From Octopus vulgaris (Eukaryota), in NCBI GenBank assembly GCA_951406725.2, contig OX597827.1, positions 55,676,001 through 55,740,000 of the forward strand: a DNA stretch of 64,000 nucleotides, written 5' to 3'. This document shows positions 25,201-38,882 of the stretch, piece by piece. The notes under the pieces are model-generated. The model worked only from the letters and a program-made list of their open reading frames with translations, had not been told where the DNA came from and ran no database searches. The translations under genes were made by a program, and so were the position numbers. Numbering within the stretch: position 1 is the stretch's first letter; each line of letters begins with the position of its first letter.

Positions 25201-28200
25201 GCTCAGTCATTTAACTTAATTTACTCCTGATTGAGATGATTGATACATCTCAGACACAATGGTCTTTTTCATATTTTTTTTGAAAAGCAGCATAAACAAA
25301 ACTAAAGACCCAGTTTTCAACAATGCAACAGAGCTTTCTGTTTTGTTTTCTAATTTACTGCAGCATTTTATAATCTTGAAAGAAAAACACACATACACAC
25401 ACGCATAAAAAAACAAAAACGTTATTTATGACTGAATGGTTGAAAGCAGAAAAAAAAAGCGGAGTACAAGAAGAGAGGTTTGGTGTAAAGAAAGAAAATA
25501 ATTGTTTCAAATTTTAGCACAAGGCCAGCAATTCAAGGGAAGGTGGTAACTGATTATACCGACTCTAGTACTTCACTGATACTTTATTTAATTGACCCCG
25601 AAGAATAAAAGGTAGAGCTGATGTTGGCAGGATTTGAACTCAGTGTTAGAGCTGGAAGAAATGCTGCTAGGCATTTTGTCTGACATGCTAACAAATCTGC
25701 CAGCCCAACAGCAAATATAGTCACATCAGTTCTGTGAATTTCAAAGACCTTTACGATTTAGAAGCAAAAAGAGGAATTGTTACTTTTTAACTAAAATTGC
25801 TATGATGATGGTAGAGTCTGTAAACTATATTTCTATATTATTGAAAATAGTTTGATTTGGCTCCATGTGACTTCGGGCTTCTGTTAGAGGCCTGCAAAAC
25901 TTCAAGTCACATGGAGCTGAATCAAACTGTTTTAAATAATGCACATAACTCCTACTAAATGAGTTGAGTGCTTTTTCCTTTCATCTATCCACTCACTCAT
26001 ATATAATATATATATATTTATTTATTTTCAAAAGCATCTAACATCAAATGGTGTAGTCTTCACCTAATTGCTCCTGACCAATCAGAAGTGCCTGGACTGG
26101 TATCTCACTAATAATATACATTCATTTGCTGTTGTCTCCTCATAAACTCTACATGTGCTGAGTACTCTTATAACCTGTGCTTTGACATGAAATTCTAGGC
26201 CCTTCAGTAATTCCTGTAGAATCCTCAACTGATCTCTTTTACTTGTTTCAGTCATTTGACTGTGGCCATGCTGGAGCACGACCTTTAGTCGAGCAAATTG
26301 ACCTCAGGACTTATTCTTTGTAAGCTTAGTACTTATTCTATCGGTCTCTTTTGCTGAACAACTAAGTTACGGGGACGTAAACACACCAGCATCGGTTGTC
26401 AAGCGATGTTGGGGCGACAAACACAGACACACAAACACACACATATATACATATGACGGGCTTCTTTCAGTTTCTGTCAACCAAATCCACTCACAAGGCT
26501 TTGGTTGGCCTGAGGCTATAGTAGTTGCCACGCAGTGGGACTGAACCCGGAATCATGTGGTTGGTAAGCAAGCTACTTACCACACAGCCACTCCTACGCC
26601 TAAAAAAAACACACACACACACAAACAAACAAAAATCATTTATTCTTAGCGTCTGCATGATAACATGAGGTTATTTCTAGACATGGATGTTAGAAGGTTA
26701 GAGCAAGATAAGAAGTAGAATTTTCGGTGGTATGAAATTAATTTCAAAATGTTGCAATAATGATTCTTTGAAAAAAAATAATTAAATTTTACTTTAGTCT
26801 TGAGGAAAAAAGATCAATTATGGAAGAAATATAAAAATAAGCTTGGTCTTGATAAAAGAGAGAAATAAATAGAAATATCAAAAAGAAAAGATTAAATAAA
26901 ATAAAAAAAATGAACAAGAAAACAAAAGAGTCAAATAAGAAAAAATTAAAAGCCGAAAGGATAAATGTTCAATACTGATTAAGAGAGGTGGTGGGTGACA
27001 TCAGACCAAAAGTAATAAAAAAAAAAAACAAGAAAAAAAAAGGGTGTATTTTGACCTCAACTGAGCAATGTCAACATTAACTGTGTGTTCTTTATATACA
27101 ACAACAGCCTCTCAGGTAGGCTTATTGCTGGAGGACGTTTACAGAAAGGAGAGGTGACAGGAAATTGTAATGTTCATGCATTTTGCAAGAATATCATTGT
27201 GATGAGTATAAATAAAAATACAGTTAATATAAAAAAACTGAAACTGGGGTATGGGGACTTAGCCACTTACTCTATGTTTATTAGGGCAAGTTGTATGATT
27301 AGATGTATAGATAGCATTAATGAAGTATGCTATTTTTAACATAGGCACAAGGCTGAAGTTAATATTGATTTCTAATTTTGGCACAAGGCCAGCAATTTCA
27401 GAGAAGTAGGTAAGTTGATTACATCAATCCCCAGTGCTCAACTGGTACTTATTTTATCGACCCCGAAAGGATGAAAGGCAAAGTTGAACTCAGAACGTAA
27501 AGACAGATGAAATACTGCTAAGCATTTCACCCGGCATGCTAATGATTCTGCCAGCTCACCGCCTTAAGATTGAAGTTAATCTTAACTCACATTATGGCTA
27601 ATTCAATTAAGCACAGAATATTTAGGATAATTACAGAACATTCAGAACATAGTGGGGACAAGACTTATAGATTATCATTCACAAGTTTCAGTCTTTGGAG
27701 TGTGATCATGCTGGAGCAACATTTAGAAGGGTTTAGCTGAAAAAAAAAAAAAAAAATTGATCCCAGTATTTATTTTTCTATGTTTGGTACATATTCTATT
27801 GGTCTCCTTTTTCAAAACTGCTAAGTTATGAGAATGTAAACAAACCAGCACTGGTTGTCAAGTGTTGGTGGTGGTAGGGGACAAACACAGACACACACAT
27901 ACATACATATAGTATAAACAAGATTCAGTTGAGGCACCTAGTTAGGCCGGAATAAAATGCAACCACACCAATTTTTAGATGAATACCAATCTTGGTACAG
28001 AAGTATTGGCAGAATGATATTTGGGTAATGTATGCAGTTAATCTGACCCGAGTATATAATCCACTCTTGAGCTATTTAGACATGTACATTTTATTAAATA
28101 TACAGTCCATAATATACTTCAGAACACGTGAGGAGCATGTTCTTGAGAATTAAAAATAAATGACACTTGTCCTTCAATTGTTACTTATTCATCATCGTCA

Positions 28201-30429
28201 TTTAATGTCCGCTTTCCATGCTAGCATGGGTTGGACGATTTGACTGAGGGCTGGCGAACCAGATGGCTAAACCAGGCTCCAATCTAATCTGGCAGAGTTT
28301 CTACAGCTGGATGCCCTTCCTAACGCCAACCACTCCGAGAATGTAGTGGGTGCTTTTATGTGCCACCAGCACGAGGGCCAGCAAGTTCGAGAGAGGGGTT
28401 AAGTTGATTACATCAATCCCAGTTTTCAACTGGTACTTTTTTGACTTTCTAACAAATCTATCAATTCATCACCATCATTATAATAATTGTAGTAGTAGTA
28501 GTAGCAGCAGCAGCAGAAGAAGTAGCAGATTGAAATTAACAGGATGTGAAATATGGAGATTGGAATAATGTCAGCTCTAGAACTCATGCTGAAGGGGAAA
28601 AGTTCATTAACCATATATCCAAGCAACATCAACATCTATAAATTCCTGAAGATTGCCCTACTGAGAACAGCCCACATGCTCTGGAGAATTCTGACATCTT
28701 CCCTATAACACCTTAGGCTCATAGCTTGGACCTAGCTCTACAGTACATATAAGAACATACAAAAAAAAAAAGGTAAAAATAAAGAACAGTTACTTCTAAA
28801 TCAGATAAAAAGGCTAAAAATTTGCAGGGAGGGCTGAGGCACTCCATCATGATGAGTGTTCCAGTTGATTAGATCAATGTAACACCCTACTTAATTGGTT
28901 GAGTATACCACAGGCACAAGTACCTTTAACATGGTTCTCAAGGAGATTCAGCATGGCACAATGAATGTGACAAGGCTGGCCCATTGGACTACAAGAACAG
29001 CTTTTTACCAGCTGAGTGGACTGGAGTAACATGAAATAAAGTATCTCACTCAGACATAATGTGTCTGTGTCATTGGGAACTGAACTCGTGACCTTACAAT
29101 CATGAGCTGAATACACTAACTACTGAGTCATGTGCCTTCACTGTAGGAAGGAAATAGCCTATTATATCAACCCCCAGTAGTAGACTAGTACTCATTGACC
29201 CTGGAGAGGTAGAGGAAAGATACAAATTGACCTCACAAGCACAAAGCCTCAAATTATGAAGTAGGACACAGTCAACTGATATCAGTATCTAACTGGTACT
29301 TATCTTATTGACACTGGAAGGATGAAAGGCAAAGTTGACCCTTCATGAAATTTGTATTCAGAATGTAAAGAGCCAGAGGAAATGCTGATAGGCATTTTGT
29401 TCCACATGCTAATGATTCTGACAGCTTGCTGCCTTAATAATAATAATAATAATAATAATGATAATGGTTTCAAATTTTGGCACAATGCCAGCAGTTTCTT
29501 GAGGGGAGGGAGCTAGTCGATTACATCAACCCCAGTACTTTATTGGTACTTATTTTGTCAACCCCAAAAGGATGAAAGGCAAAGTTGACCTTGGTGGAAT
29601 TTGAACTCAGAACTTAGCGACAGACAAAATGCCACTAAGCATTTTGCCCAGTATGCTAATGATTCGGCCAGCTTGCCACCTTAATAATAATAATGTGTCA
29701 AATTTTGGCACAAGGCCAGCAATTGCAGAGGGATTAGTTGATTACATTGATCCCAGTTCTATATTTTATCAACCCCGGAAGCATGAAAGGCAACGCTGAC
29801 CTTGGCAAGATTTGAACTCAGAACGTCAAGAGCCAGAACAAATACTACAAAACCAGTTTTGTTTCAAACACTCTAATGACTGTGCCAGCTTCTTACTACC
29901 TACCTACTACTACTACTTCTACTACCACTACTGATGATGATGATGATGATGCTTTTTGTTTGCTTTACATTTTAGGGACAAGGAAGATGGGAAATATAAT
30001 GTTAAAGCTTTTCACAAAGATTATTAATGGATATATTAACCTAGACAACCACATCCTCTTCTACCCATTCCACACATATTTGACTTCTTTCCTAGACGCA
30101 AATAACAAATGTAAAAAAGAAACAATAAAAAAAATTCTTATAAGTTCCAAAGCTGAATTCCACAAGCAGTGGATAATCAATGATTAATTTTATTCTCTTT
30201 TCTATTTCAACCCATTTATTGTGGAAATCAGAAATAGCTACTCAAAATTTCATTACCCTTAACTGCAGGAAGCAGTTTTATATATCAATCTATTTTCTGT
30301 TTGAAACTATTTTTTTGTTGTGATATGTCATTAAGTTGCTGTTTGGAACATAAGTTTACACAGAATTTTAATAGGAAGCTAGAGCATCTTACCAGGGCTT
30401 TACTCTCATCTGACACAGCAGCTGTGAGC

Positions 30430-30640
30430 TTGAAGAGGTCTCATAGCAGGCACCACATCGGGTGACTGGATGTAATTAAGGAAGATCTCCAGGGGTTCAA
30501 TGTCATCTTGGAGGATGCAGAGGGGCTTGCATGGGACTGCCAGCAATGGAGAGCACTGATGGACTTGGTCAGCTCTATGCATGATGACACCCCTGGGACC
30601 ACTAACCTAGGATGACCCCAGCTTCATCAAGCAAGCAAGT
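30430..30640 (+). mobile_element. RTE LINE 3' end fragment with (CAAG)n tail
   Basis: Peptide LDVIKEDLQGFNVILEDAEGLAWDCQQWRAL, typical of the RTE ORF C-terminus. Confidence 0.6.
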
Positions 30641-33520
30641 GTATCAAGTTTACTGAGGATTCATAACTTGCAGAAAAAAACAATTTTATTTTTTGGTAGA
30701 TATTTAACATCATATCATTACTGGAACAGACATGAAATTAATTCTGCAGTTAAAATATTAACCCTTATCAAACAAACTTGCATGAGATGGCTCCTAGTTT
30801 CATGATACAAACTTCCATTTTTAAAGTAATCTAATTGAAAGTGTCCCATTAAAATTTTATGTAAACTTACATTCCAAACAGAACTTAATAATCCTTTCTA
30901 CTCTAGGTACAAGCCTGAAATTTCAGGAGCGGGGCAAGTTGATTACATCGAACCCCAGTACTCAATTGGTACTTATTTTATCGACCCCAAAAGGATGAAA
31001 GGTAAAGCTGATCTCAGCAGAATTTGAACTCAGAACATAAGGACAAATGAAATGCCACTAAGCATTTTGGCTGGTGTGCTAATGATTCTGCCAGCTCGTC
31101 ACCTTACAGCAACTTAATAATGACAATTATTTTACTAAATTCTTCATTATTTGAAACTAAGGCAGTGTTATTTCAACAGAAATACAATAACAAAAGAGTT
31201 AAACCTAACAAATGACTTAAACTAGGATTCCCCTATGGTCACTTGATCTGCTAAAAATAGCAGCTGAATTGCTCTGAAATCATGCACTACCATCTTAAAG
31301 AAGGACACTTTGGCTAGTACAGTACCTCATACATATGAGATGGTTATAGCTGAAACTATTTCACAGGACCGCTGAATTAAGGCTGACACAGCATTAAGCC
31401 ACAACAGCATCACCTAACAATTTAGGGCATGAGAGCATGAGAAATTGGTGAAAAGTGCCTGGCCTGTTTGCAGTGGAATATAGAATTTTCACTTGGGTGA
31501 ATCAGTGGTACCACACTTACATACCGAATCCATTATTTTTTCTTACAACGACTAGAGCTAGATACCCCTAAACAGATGGAATGGTCATAGCTGGAATAGT
31601 TTTTGACCATAAGTTTATTTAATCAGGACTGACCTGCAGGTTAAAATAAGAACAACAGAAGTATCTAAATTATGCTCTATCAAAATACATACCAACAGAA
31701 GAGAAATAAGAACAGACTACAGGTAACAAACATCCGACAGAAAGAAAATAAATAAGTTAAAAAAGAAAAAGAGAGATAAAAAGCTTCCACCAAAAATGAA
31801 GAAGAATAAAGAAATCATTTCATGGAAGGAAGGAGAGGAGCAAATTAAAAAAAACAAAGAGGTAGAGGGTATGTGCTTGCCTCTGTGTGTATGCGTGTGT
31901 ATATATGTATGCATATATGTGTGTAAATATACGTATGTGTGTATGTATGTATGTATGTATATATATAGATGAGCCTACGTGGGAGGTCCTATGTGGCTGC
32001 TTGGTCTGCTAGAAATAACAACCTAATTTCTTGCAAATAGCAACAACCTACCATCTTAAGAAAGGGAAGGACAGGATAACATTGACGATCTAAGATTAAC
32101 TTTGTATGTCTGGAAAAAAATAACTCATTAGGTTACTGCATTACTTAGCCAAGGTGGAATCAGTGTTGTCTGACTTCAGTATATTTTAGCAAAATGTCTG
32201 GATTTAAATATATGGGTGTTTGTATGCATTGGGAAAAATTTAGATGCTACAAAAAAAAAAAAAAGATTAAAGAACCACAAGAATTTTGGTTTTGACCTGA
32301 TAGCAATTTAAAAAGTATCAAACTATTCTGTGAGAGAGGGGGGGCGGAGATAGAGGGAGTGAGAGAGAGAGAGACTGAGAAACAGAGAAAAAGAGAGAGA
32401 GAGAGGGGAGAGAGAGAGAGAACTATTAATCATGTTTATTGAATTATTGTTATGAGAGGATTCAATCATAGTACTGTAAAAAAAAACCAAAAAAACAACC
32501 CCACAAATTACAACTGTTAATTTCCACTTTGAACTATGCTCAATAACAAAGCTGTTCACTCTCTTTCTCTCTCTAATTCTCTATTTTTACCAGCCGTATA
32601 GTCAGGTAAACAGTAGGGCAGGTTGGTTGAGGGAATGGCTTTTTGTTTTTGTTTTTGAAATTTCTGTTATTATTTTAAACAATGTCATGGCCAATGAAAC
32701 ATCATACTGTAACGTCAGTGATAGAAGTACAGACACATTAGCCATAACAGGGGATAGTTCATATACTTGTTGCCCATTGGGTGGACTGGTCGGGGAAAAA
32801 AAATGGGTGGGTTGGTGGAATATCCTGGTGGAATACAGGCATAACATCATATAATCAGTGACTTTCGTTCAAACAATTGTGTATTCTAGAAAGGCTTCAC
32901 AACCACACTGCTCGGTCACTAACCAGTGATAGATAGCTGGAGTGTTTCTCCTCTGTGAGTGTTCAGTGTTAAATTAGGGAATGGTGAAGGTTCTTCACCG
33001 GGACTTATATAGTATAATGGAAATAAATAGTGAGGGTGGGTGAGGGGCAGGCTTCATTGAGAAAGAGCGAGATATTAGACAGAAAATGAGGAGGGAATGA
33101 TAGAGCATTTCTTTTTTATTATAGTTTTGTGTTGTTTTTGTGTTGTGTCTGGCATTGTCAAATAACAGCAAGCAGGCAGGCATGCAGACAAACTGACTGA
33201 CTGGCAGACAGACAGACGGGCAGGCAGGCAGGCAGGCAGGTAGGCAGGCAGACAGGCAGGTAGGTAGGTAGATAGGTAGGTATTTAGGCAGGATATTATG
33301 GATTTGGTTAAGTAATGTAGTCTTTCCATATTTCCCTCTCACCTCTGCTCTGCTTCTGATCTGCTGGCAACCCTCCCTTGAGTCCACTACAGATAAATAA
33401 AAAAGAAAGAACGGGGGTAAGGGGGTGAAAGGAAATAAAACAACCAGGAAGAGGAGAAGGAAAGGAAGGATTGTGGAAGGAGAGTCAGTTGAGGTCCTAT
33501 AACCAACCCCAGCTAAACCA

Positions 33521-33665
33521 TTACTGGCCACTGCCTTGCTGAGGGGCTGTCCCATTCACTAGACCTTTTAATTGTTTTAGCACTGTGTCTAGAAGCTTCT
33601 TTTTGTCTCTTTCATTTTTCTTCAATGGTGTAAACATGAATTTCTTCTTATCTCCACTATTTAAC
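33521..33665 (-). CDS. EXOC6: EXOC6/Sec15 last coding exon (KLNSGDKKKFMFTPLKKNERDKKKLLDTVLKQLKGLVNGTAPQQGSGQ*)
   Basis: ttgcag acceptor, TAA stop at 33521-33523; Sec15-like C-terminal 'KNERDKKKLLDTVLKQL'. Confidence 0.95.
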
Positions 33666-34327
33666 CTGCAAAAGTAAAAAATATATATATACAGAAAAAG
33701 ACTGAGAAAGAAAAAAAACAATGCAAATGAACTGGAAAGGCAGTATTTAGGAAAGTTAACAGTGTATATAAAGATCTGACAGCTGACTAAAGGCTAGATA
33801 TATTTGCTGTAATATTTACATTTGAAACTAAACATATCTTTTTTTTTTTCCTTACTTGTTTCAGTCATTTGACTGCGGCCATGCTGGAGCACTGCCTTTA
33901 ATCGAGCAACTCGACCCCGGGACTTATTCTTTTGTAAGCCCAGTACTTATTCTATCGGTCTCTTTTTGCCGAACCGCTAAGTGACGGGGATATAAACACA
34001 CCAGCATTGGTTGTCAAGCAATGCTAGGGGGACAAACACAGACACACAAACACACACACGCATACATATTTATATATGTATATACATATATACGACAGGC
34101 TCCTTTCAGTTTCCGTCTACCAAATCCACTCATAAGGCATTGGTCGGCCCGGGGCTATAGCAGAAGACACTTGCCCTAGATGCCACGCAGTGGGACTGAA
34201 CCCAGAACCATGTGGTTGGTTAGCAAGCTACTTACCACACAGCCACTCCTATGCCTACATGTTCAAATATCTAATATTTAGACTTGTTTTTATAGTCTAT
34301 ACTTGGGTGGATGTTTTAACATACATA

Positions 34328-34419
34328 TATCTCTGAAGAGCAGAAGCGTTGTCTATAAATGCTTATCAATATAGGATTTCATTATAGGGACAACTCTTCT
34401 GTGAAACGATTGTAAGATG
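34328..34419 (+). ncRNA. Type-I hammerhead ribozyme with extended stem II
   Basis: UAUCU-CUGAAGA-GCAGAAG...CUUCUGU-GAAA-CGAUUG-UA-AGAUG; all three stems can pair; core intact. Confidence 0.78.
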
Positions 34420-36016
34420 CTATAAATAATTAATTCAAGACTTTTAAACTGTCATATACATTATATATTTAAGCTTATACATATTTACATATATTTTTAT
34501 ACATATTTATATTTATTTATTTATACATTTTTAATACAGCAATTATTTTTCATACATGTATATCTTTCTGAGGAGTTTTGATATTGATTTCCTAATATTA
34601 ATAATAATATATTATTAAAATATATATATATATGAGTTAATTTGTTCCTGGTGACCACTCATAAAGTAAAAACTTGTAAAGCAGAGCAATAATTTCCCAT
34701 GGTAACAATGTTATAAATTGTAATTCGTTCTTAGAAAAATATTTTACCTATAAAATTTATAATACTCATAAATAAATGGCAATGTAGAATGTAAAGAATA
34801 TTTTATATAAAAAATTATGTCAAGATCACTTATAATAAAAAAATATTATTATTATTATAATTGTTTTCTGAATCACTTTCACTCACACTAAACTTGCGCA
34901 CACCATCACTTGTAGGTGCGATTGCTGATTCACAAGCACTTGCAGACAGGCTTGTAGATTTCTTTTTAAAAAACAAGTCAGGAGTTGTTTGCTTAGAAGA
35001 AGCTTTTTTCACTTTCTATACATTTCTCAGTAACACACGTAAAAATACACCCAATACACTCACGGAGTGGTTGGCGTTAGGAAGGGCATCCAGCTGTAGA
35101 AACACTGCCAGATCAGACTGGAGCCTGGTGCAGCCTCCAGGCTTCCCAAACCCTGGTTGAACCGTCCAACTCATGCTAGCATGGAAAACGGACGTTAAAT
35201 GATGATGATGACACAGAAGCATTTGTTATGGTAGTTGAAACTTTTGCACTTCATTCAAAATTTAGATCTTGTACTTGAAAAATTTCAGCTCACCATACAA
35301 AAGTGAGCTGAAAAATAAAACTCATACACCTGAGATCTTGTAAAGCAGGTCCTCGTAAAGTAAGGTGTTACTATATATATATGCATATATACACACAAAA
35401 ACCATCTGTGTCCAACTAGTCATCATGATTGACTGCTAACTCCACAAGTTTTTTATTTTCTCTCTGTTTATTTCCTCATGTTCACAAACAATACACAATG
35501 CTTCAAGCAAACTACAATACTCTTGTAATTGATATAAAGTTAGAAATACTGGACATTAAATGTTTGACAAAGAAATATCCAGAGGAAGGAAATTCTGAGT
35601 CAATTTTCATTATAACTTGAGTAGAGGAAATCAAATACTTTCAAATGCATGCGAAGAACTGGGAAGTTCTTAGCCATTAAAAAAACATTAAAAGTTCAAA
35701 TGTCTGAGAGGAATTTTTCTAAATAAGGTTATAATCTTTTCTCCCATTAATTTCACTATGAACATCACTGCTATTTTTCTATTGGTTTGATCTGTGATTA
35801 GCATCAGGGTATTTTATTTCTAGACATGTACATAGTACAAGACTAAATTAAAACAAGGAACCATTATTCCAAAAGGCTTATAGACATAATTATTCACTCA
35901 GCCACTGATACCTGTATATTATTTACTGTCAAATCATAATTGTAAAAGGAAAGTAATAGCATTTCTATAAAATAAAAACCTAATAAAATATAGAAAAAAA
36001 ATATCAAGTCACTTAC

Positions 36017-36129
36017 TTTTCTAAGAGTGATATAGCTACAACAGGTTTGACGCGAACATATTTACACTTTGGTTGACCATAATCAGCCAAATAAACAGAC
36101 CAGTCCCAGTTCAGGAGCAGATCAAGAAG
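36017..36129 (-). CDS. EXOC6: EXOC6 exon (LLDLLLNWDWSVYLADYGQPKCKYVRVKPVVAISLLE)
   Basis: 113 bp, ag/gtaagt; conserved WDWS.YLADYG motif. Confidence 0.96.
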
Positions 36130-36302
36130 CTAGTAAATAGAGAAATAAACAAATTGCAAGATAAACTTCACATATTGTGTGTGTGTGTTTTTGAGTGTAC
36201 ACACATGTCCTTACACCTGTTTCAAGGTGAATAATCAACTAGTAGAAAGAACTCAAATCAACTGGCAGAATTAGAGGTAATTTTTGTAGAAAAAAGAAAG
36301 AA

Positions 36303-36304
<2 letters not shown>

Positions 36305-36366
<62 letters not shown>
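36305..36366. repeat. (GA)n microsatellite; many other (TA)n, (CA)n and (ATT)n tracts, e.g. 12215-12325, 14034-14185, 63662-63702
   Basis: Direct inspection. Confidence 0.95.
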
Positions 36367-36369
<3 letters not shown>

Positions 36370-37018
36370 GCAGAAATAGGTGTGCTGCAGTAGAGGAGAT
36401 ATTAGTTTATCGACACTGAAGTTTATTGTGATATTCAAGCAAGAAATATTACAACTTGGTGTTGTTGTTTATTTATAGCCATTGGTGTGGATGTGGTCTC
36501 CTGTTTGTGTCTGTTCATTGGTTTGCTTTTTTGAGCATGATTGGAAAATGGACATTAAAGATGATGATGATAATGATGTTGAAGGCTGTTGTCTTTTGTT
36601 TCTTGACTGGTTGATTTTTGTGACCTAATGTTGAATTTGTGATGAGGGGCATGTTTGTATTTTGTTTGTTTTGTTTTATTTAATTGGGTTACTTATTTGA
36701 TGAATTTATCTGTTAACTTAATTAAGGCTATTTATTTGCTTTTTGATCAGTTTTATTGATTAGAAACAAGTGTATGTCATGTATTGTGTTTCATATATAT
36801 TGGTATATATATGAAGTACAAACTGGGCCTGATGTTACTTATTTTTGGTGATCAGATAAGAATCTGTGTTTTCATCATTACATAGCTGCAAATCCACACA
36901 CATTAACCCATATATGTATAGTAAATAGAAGCACATATACACTCAATAACTGAAGGTGACAAATTATCAACTGTAAAATATTGAAATAAATGTTCCAACA
37001 AGAAGTCAATGACCTTAC

Positions 37019-37092
37019 CTGCCTGAGATCAGCAAAAGCCAACAGCAGCGTCCCGTCATTAAATCCAGACACTGGGTCTGATGCAGCAAATT
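37019..37092 (-). CDS. EXOC6: EXOC6 exon (QFAASDPVSGFNDGTLLLAFADLRQ)
   Basis: 74 bp, ttcag/gtaagg, phase consistent. Confidence 0.95.
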
Positions 37093-37351
37093 CTGAAAGT
37101 ACAATGAAACATATTTTAAAACATTTTATTCTTTTATTCGTTTCAGTCATTTGACTGTGGCCATGCTGGAGCACGACCTTTAGTCGAGCAAATCAACCTC
37201 AGCACTTATTCTTTGTAAGCCTAGTACTTATTCTATCGGTCTCGTTTGCCGAACTGCTAAGTTACAGGGACATAAACACACCAGCATCGGTTGTCAAGCA
37301 ATGTTGGGGGTGGGGTGGGGGGCAAACACAGATACTCAAAACATATACACG

Positions 37352-37393
<42 letters not shown>

Positions 37394-38019
37394 CATACAT
37401 ATATGCAATGGGCTTCTTTCAGTTTCTGTCTACCAAATCCACTCACAAGGCTTTGGTCGGCCCAAGGCTATAGTAGAAGACACTTGCCCAAGGTTCCACG
37501 CATTGGGACTGAACCCGGAACCATGTGGTTCGTAAGCAAGCTACTTACCACACAGCCACTCCTACGCCTATTTTATATATTAAAGCAGATGAATGCCAGA
37601 AAAGGTAAAGCATTGAAATAAATACCTTTCTTTAAATTTTTGTGTGGTTTAGGATGCTTGTATGTGTTTAATTTTAATTTGTGTTTTACAGGGGACTGGG
37701 ATCAGCCATTAACTAAGCAAGAAGTTTGGTTCTTAGGATATAACTTAGCAATGTCAGATATGTGAAATAGCCTTAAGAGATCATCAGAAATTCCATGGGT
37801 TAGCATTTGTAATAACTTTGAATGTATTATCTATGTGTTGTTCATACAGATGATATAAAGAGAATATTGTAAAACTGTTTTCTTAATATGTACTGGTGGT
37901 TTCTTTGTGAAGACCCTAAAATGGAGGATGTTTTCAAGACAAGAATTTATGGAACCAGAACAACCAGTAGAGTGGCTAAGTGCATGTGTGTGTGTGTGCA
38001 CGTGTATGTGTCTCAATTG

Positions 38020-38215
38020 CACAGATATTACTCTAGAAGTAGTCATTAGTTTCTGCTACTTAGGTGACTCAGCAATGGAGATGGGTGCTCCAAAAAAAGC
38101 ATGGTAGTCAGAGTAAGAACAGGCTGGGAAAACATTATTCAGGGAGCTGTTACCTCTGCTGATAACAAAAAGCCTTTCCATCAGAGTGAAGAGCAGATTT
38201 GTATGATGTTTAAGA
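38020..38215 (+). mobile_element. RTE LINE RT C-terminal fragment
   Basis: LEVVISFCYLGD...RVRTGW..FRELLPLLITK. Confidence 0.7.
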
Positions 38216-38740
38216 AGGAAATAGATGATGATGATGAATAGGTATGGTGACAAATAAGGATGTTAAATAAAAAAAAGTGTAGGCTCTGATTGATCAAACA
38301 TAGATATGATAAAGGCATTGGAAAGTTGTTGGTTGTATCTAGTTTATCATTTGAGAAGGGATGACAGGAGACTGAGACTCCTGACAGTTTGCTGTACTTG
38401 AGAAGACACATCAAGCTAAGCAAGATCATGGTTGTCCATGCATATAGGCATGTCCTCTGCATCCATCTTCAACTGAGCCTTCCTAATCTTGCAGGCTCAT
38501 GGGAGCTGGTGCCGTGTAAAAAGCACCTGTACTGGTGCCATGTAAAAGCACCCAGTACACTCTGTAAAGTGGTTGGTGTTAAGAAGGGCATCCAGCTGTA
38601 GAAACCATCCCAAAACAGACAAATGGAGCCTGGGTAGCTCCTGTCAAAACCATCCAATCTATGCCAGTATGGAAAAAGGATGTTAAGTGATGATGATCTG
38701 AATGGTAAAATAAGTTTTCGAAAAACATATGGCTACTCAC

Positions 38741-38882
38741 GTTCACACTGAATCAGGTCTAAATTAAATTGCTGTAAAGCACCCATTGTAACTTGTTTGA
38801 CATCATTGTCCATCACAAAATCCATCAAGCTACACGCTATATGCTTGCAAGCAGACATACATGCTGTTCTGGCAACCTTTTC
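38741..38882 (-). CDS. EXOC6: EXOC6 exon (EKVARTACMSACKHIA...QQFNLDLIQCE)
   Basis: 142 bp, acag/gtgagt; conserved TACMSACKH motif. Confidence 0.96.

Noticed and set aside
27975-28020. AGAUGAAUACCAAUCUUGGUACAGAAG hairpin (and similarly 55302-55332)
   Set aside because: Too many core substitutions and no stem I or III support
29270-29890. Regularly repeated units resembling a CRISPR array
   Set aside because: Eukaryotic DNA; the units are tandem SINE B copies, with no short repeat-spacer structure or cas genes
32995-33555. 186-aa ORF overlapping the EXOC6 stop in another frame
   Set aside because: Runs through low-complexity (CCTG)n and pyrimidine-rich 3' UTR sequence; no recognisable homology
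34694-34707. X-box-like TTTCCCATGGTAAC
   Set aside because: Lies within a Tigger-like MITE in an intron, far from a ciliary gene start; the other copy is degenerate
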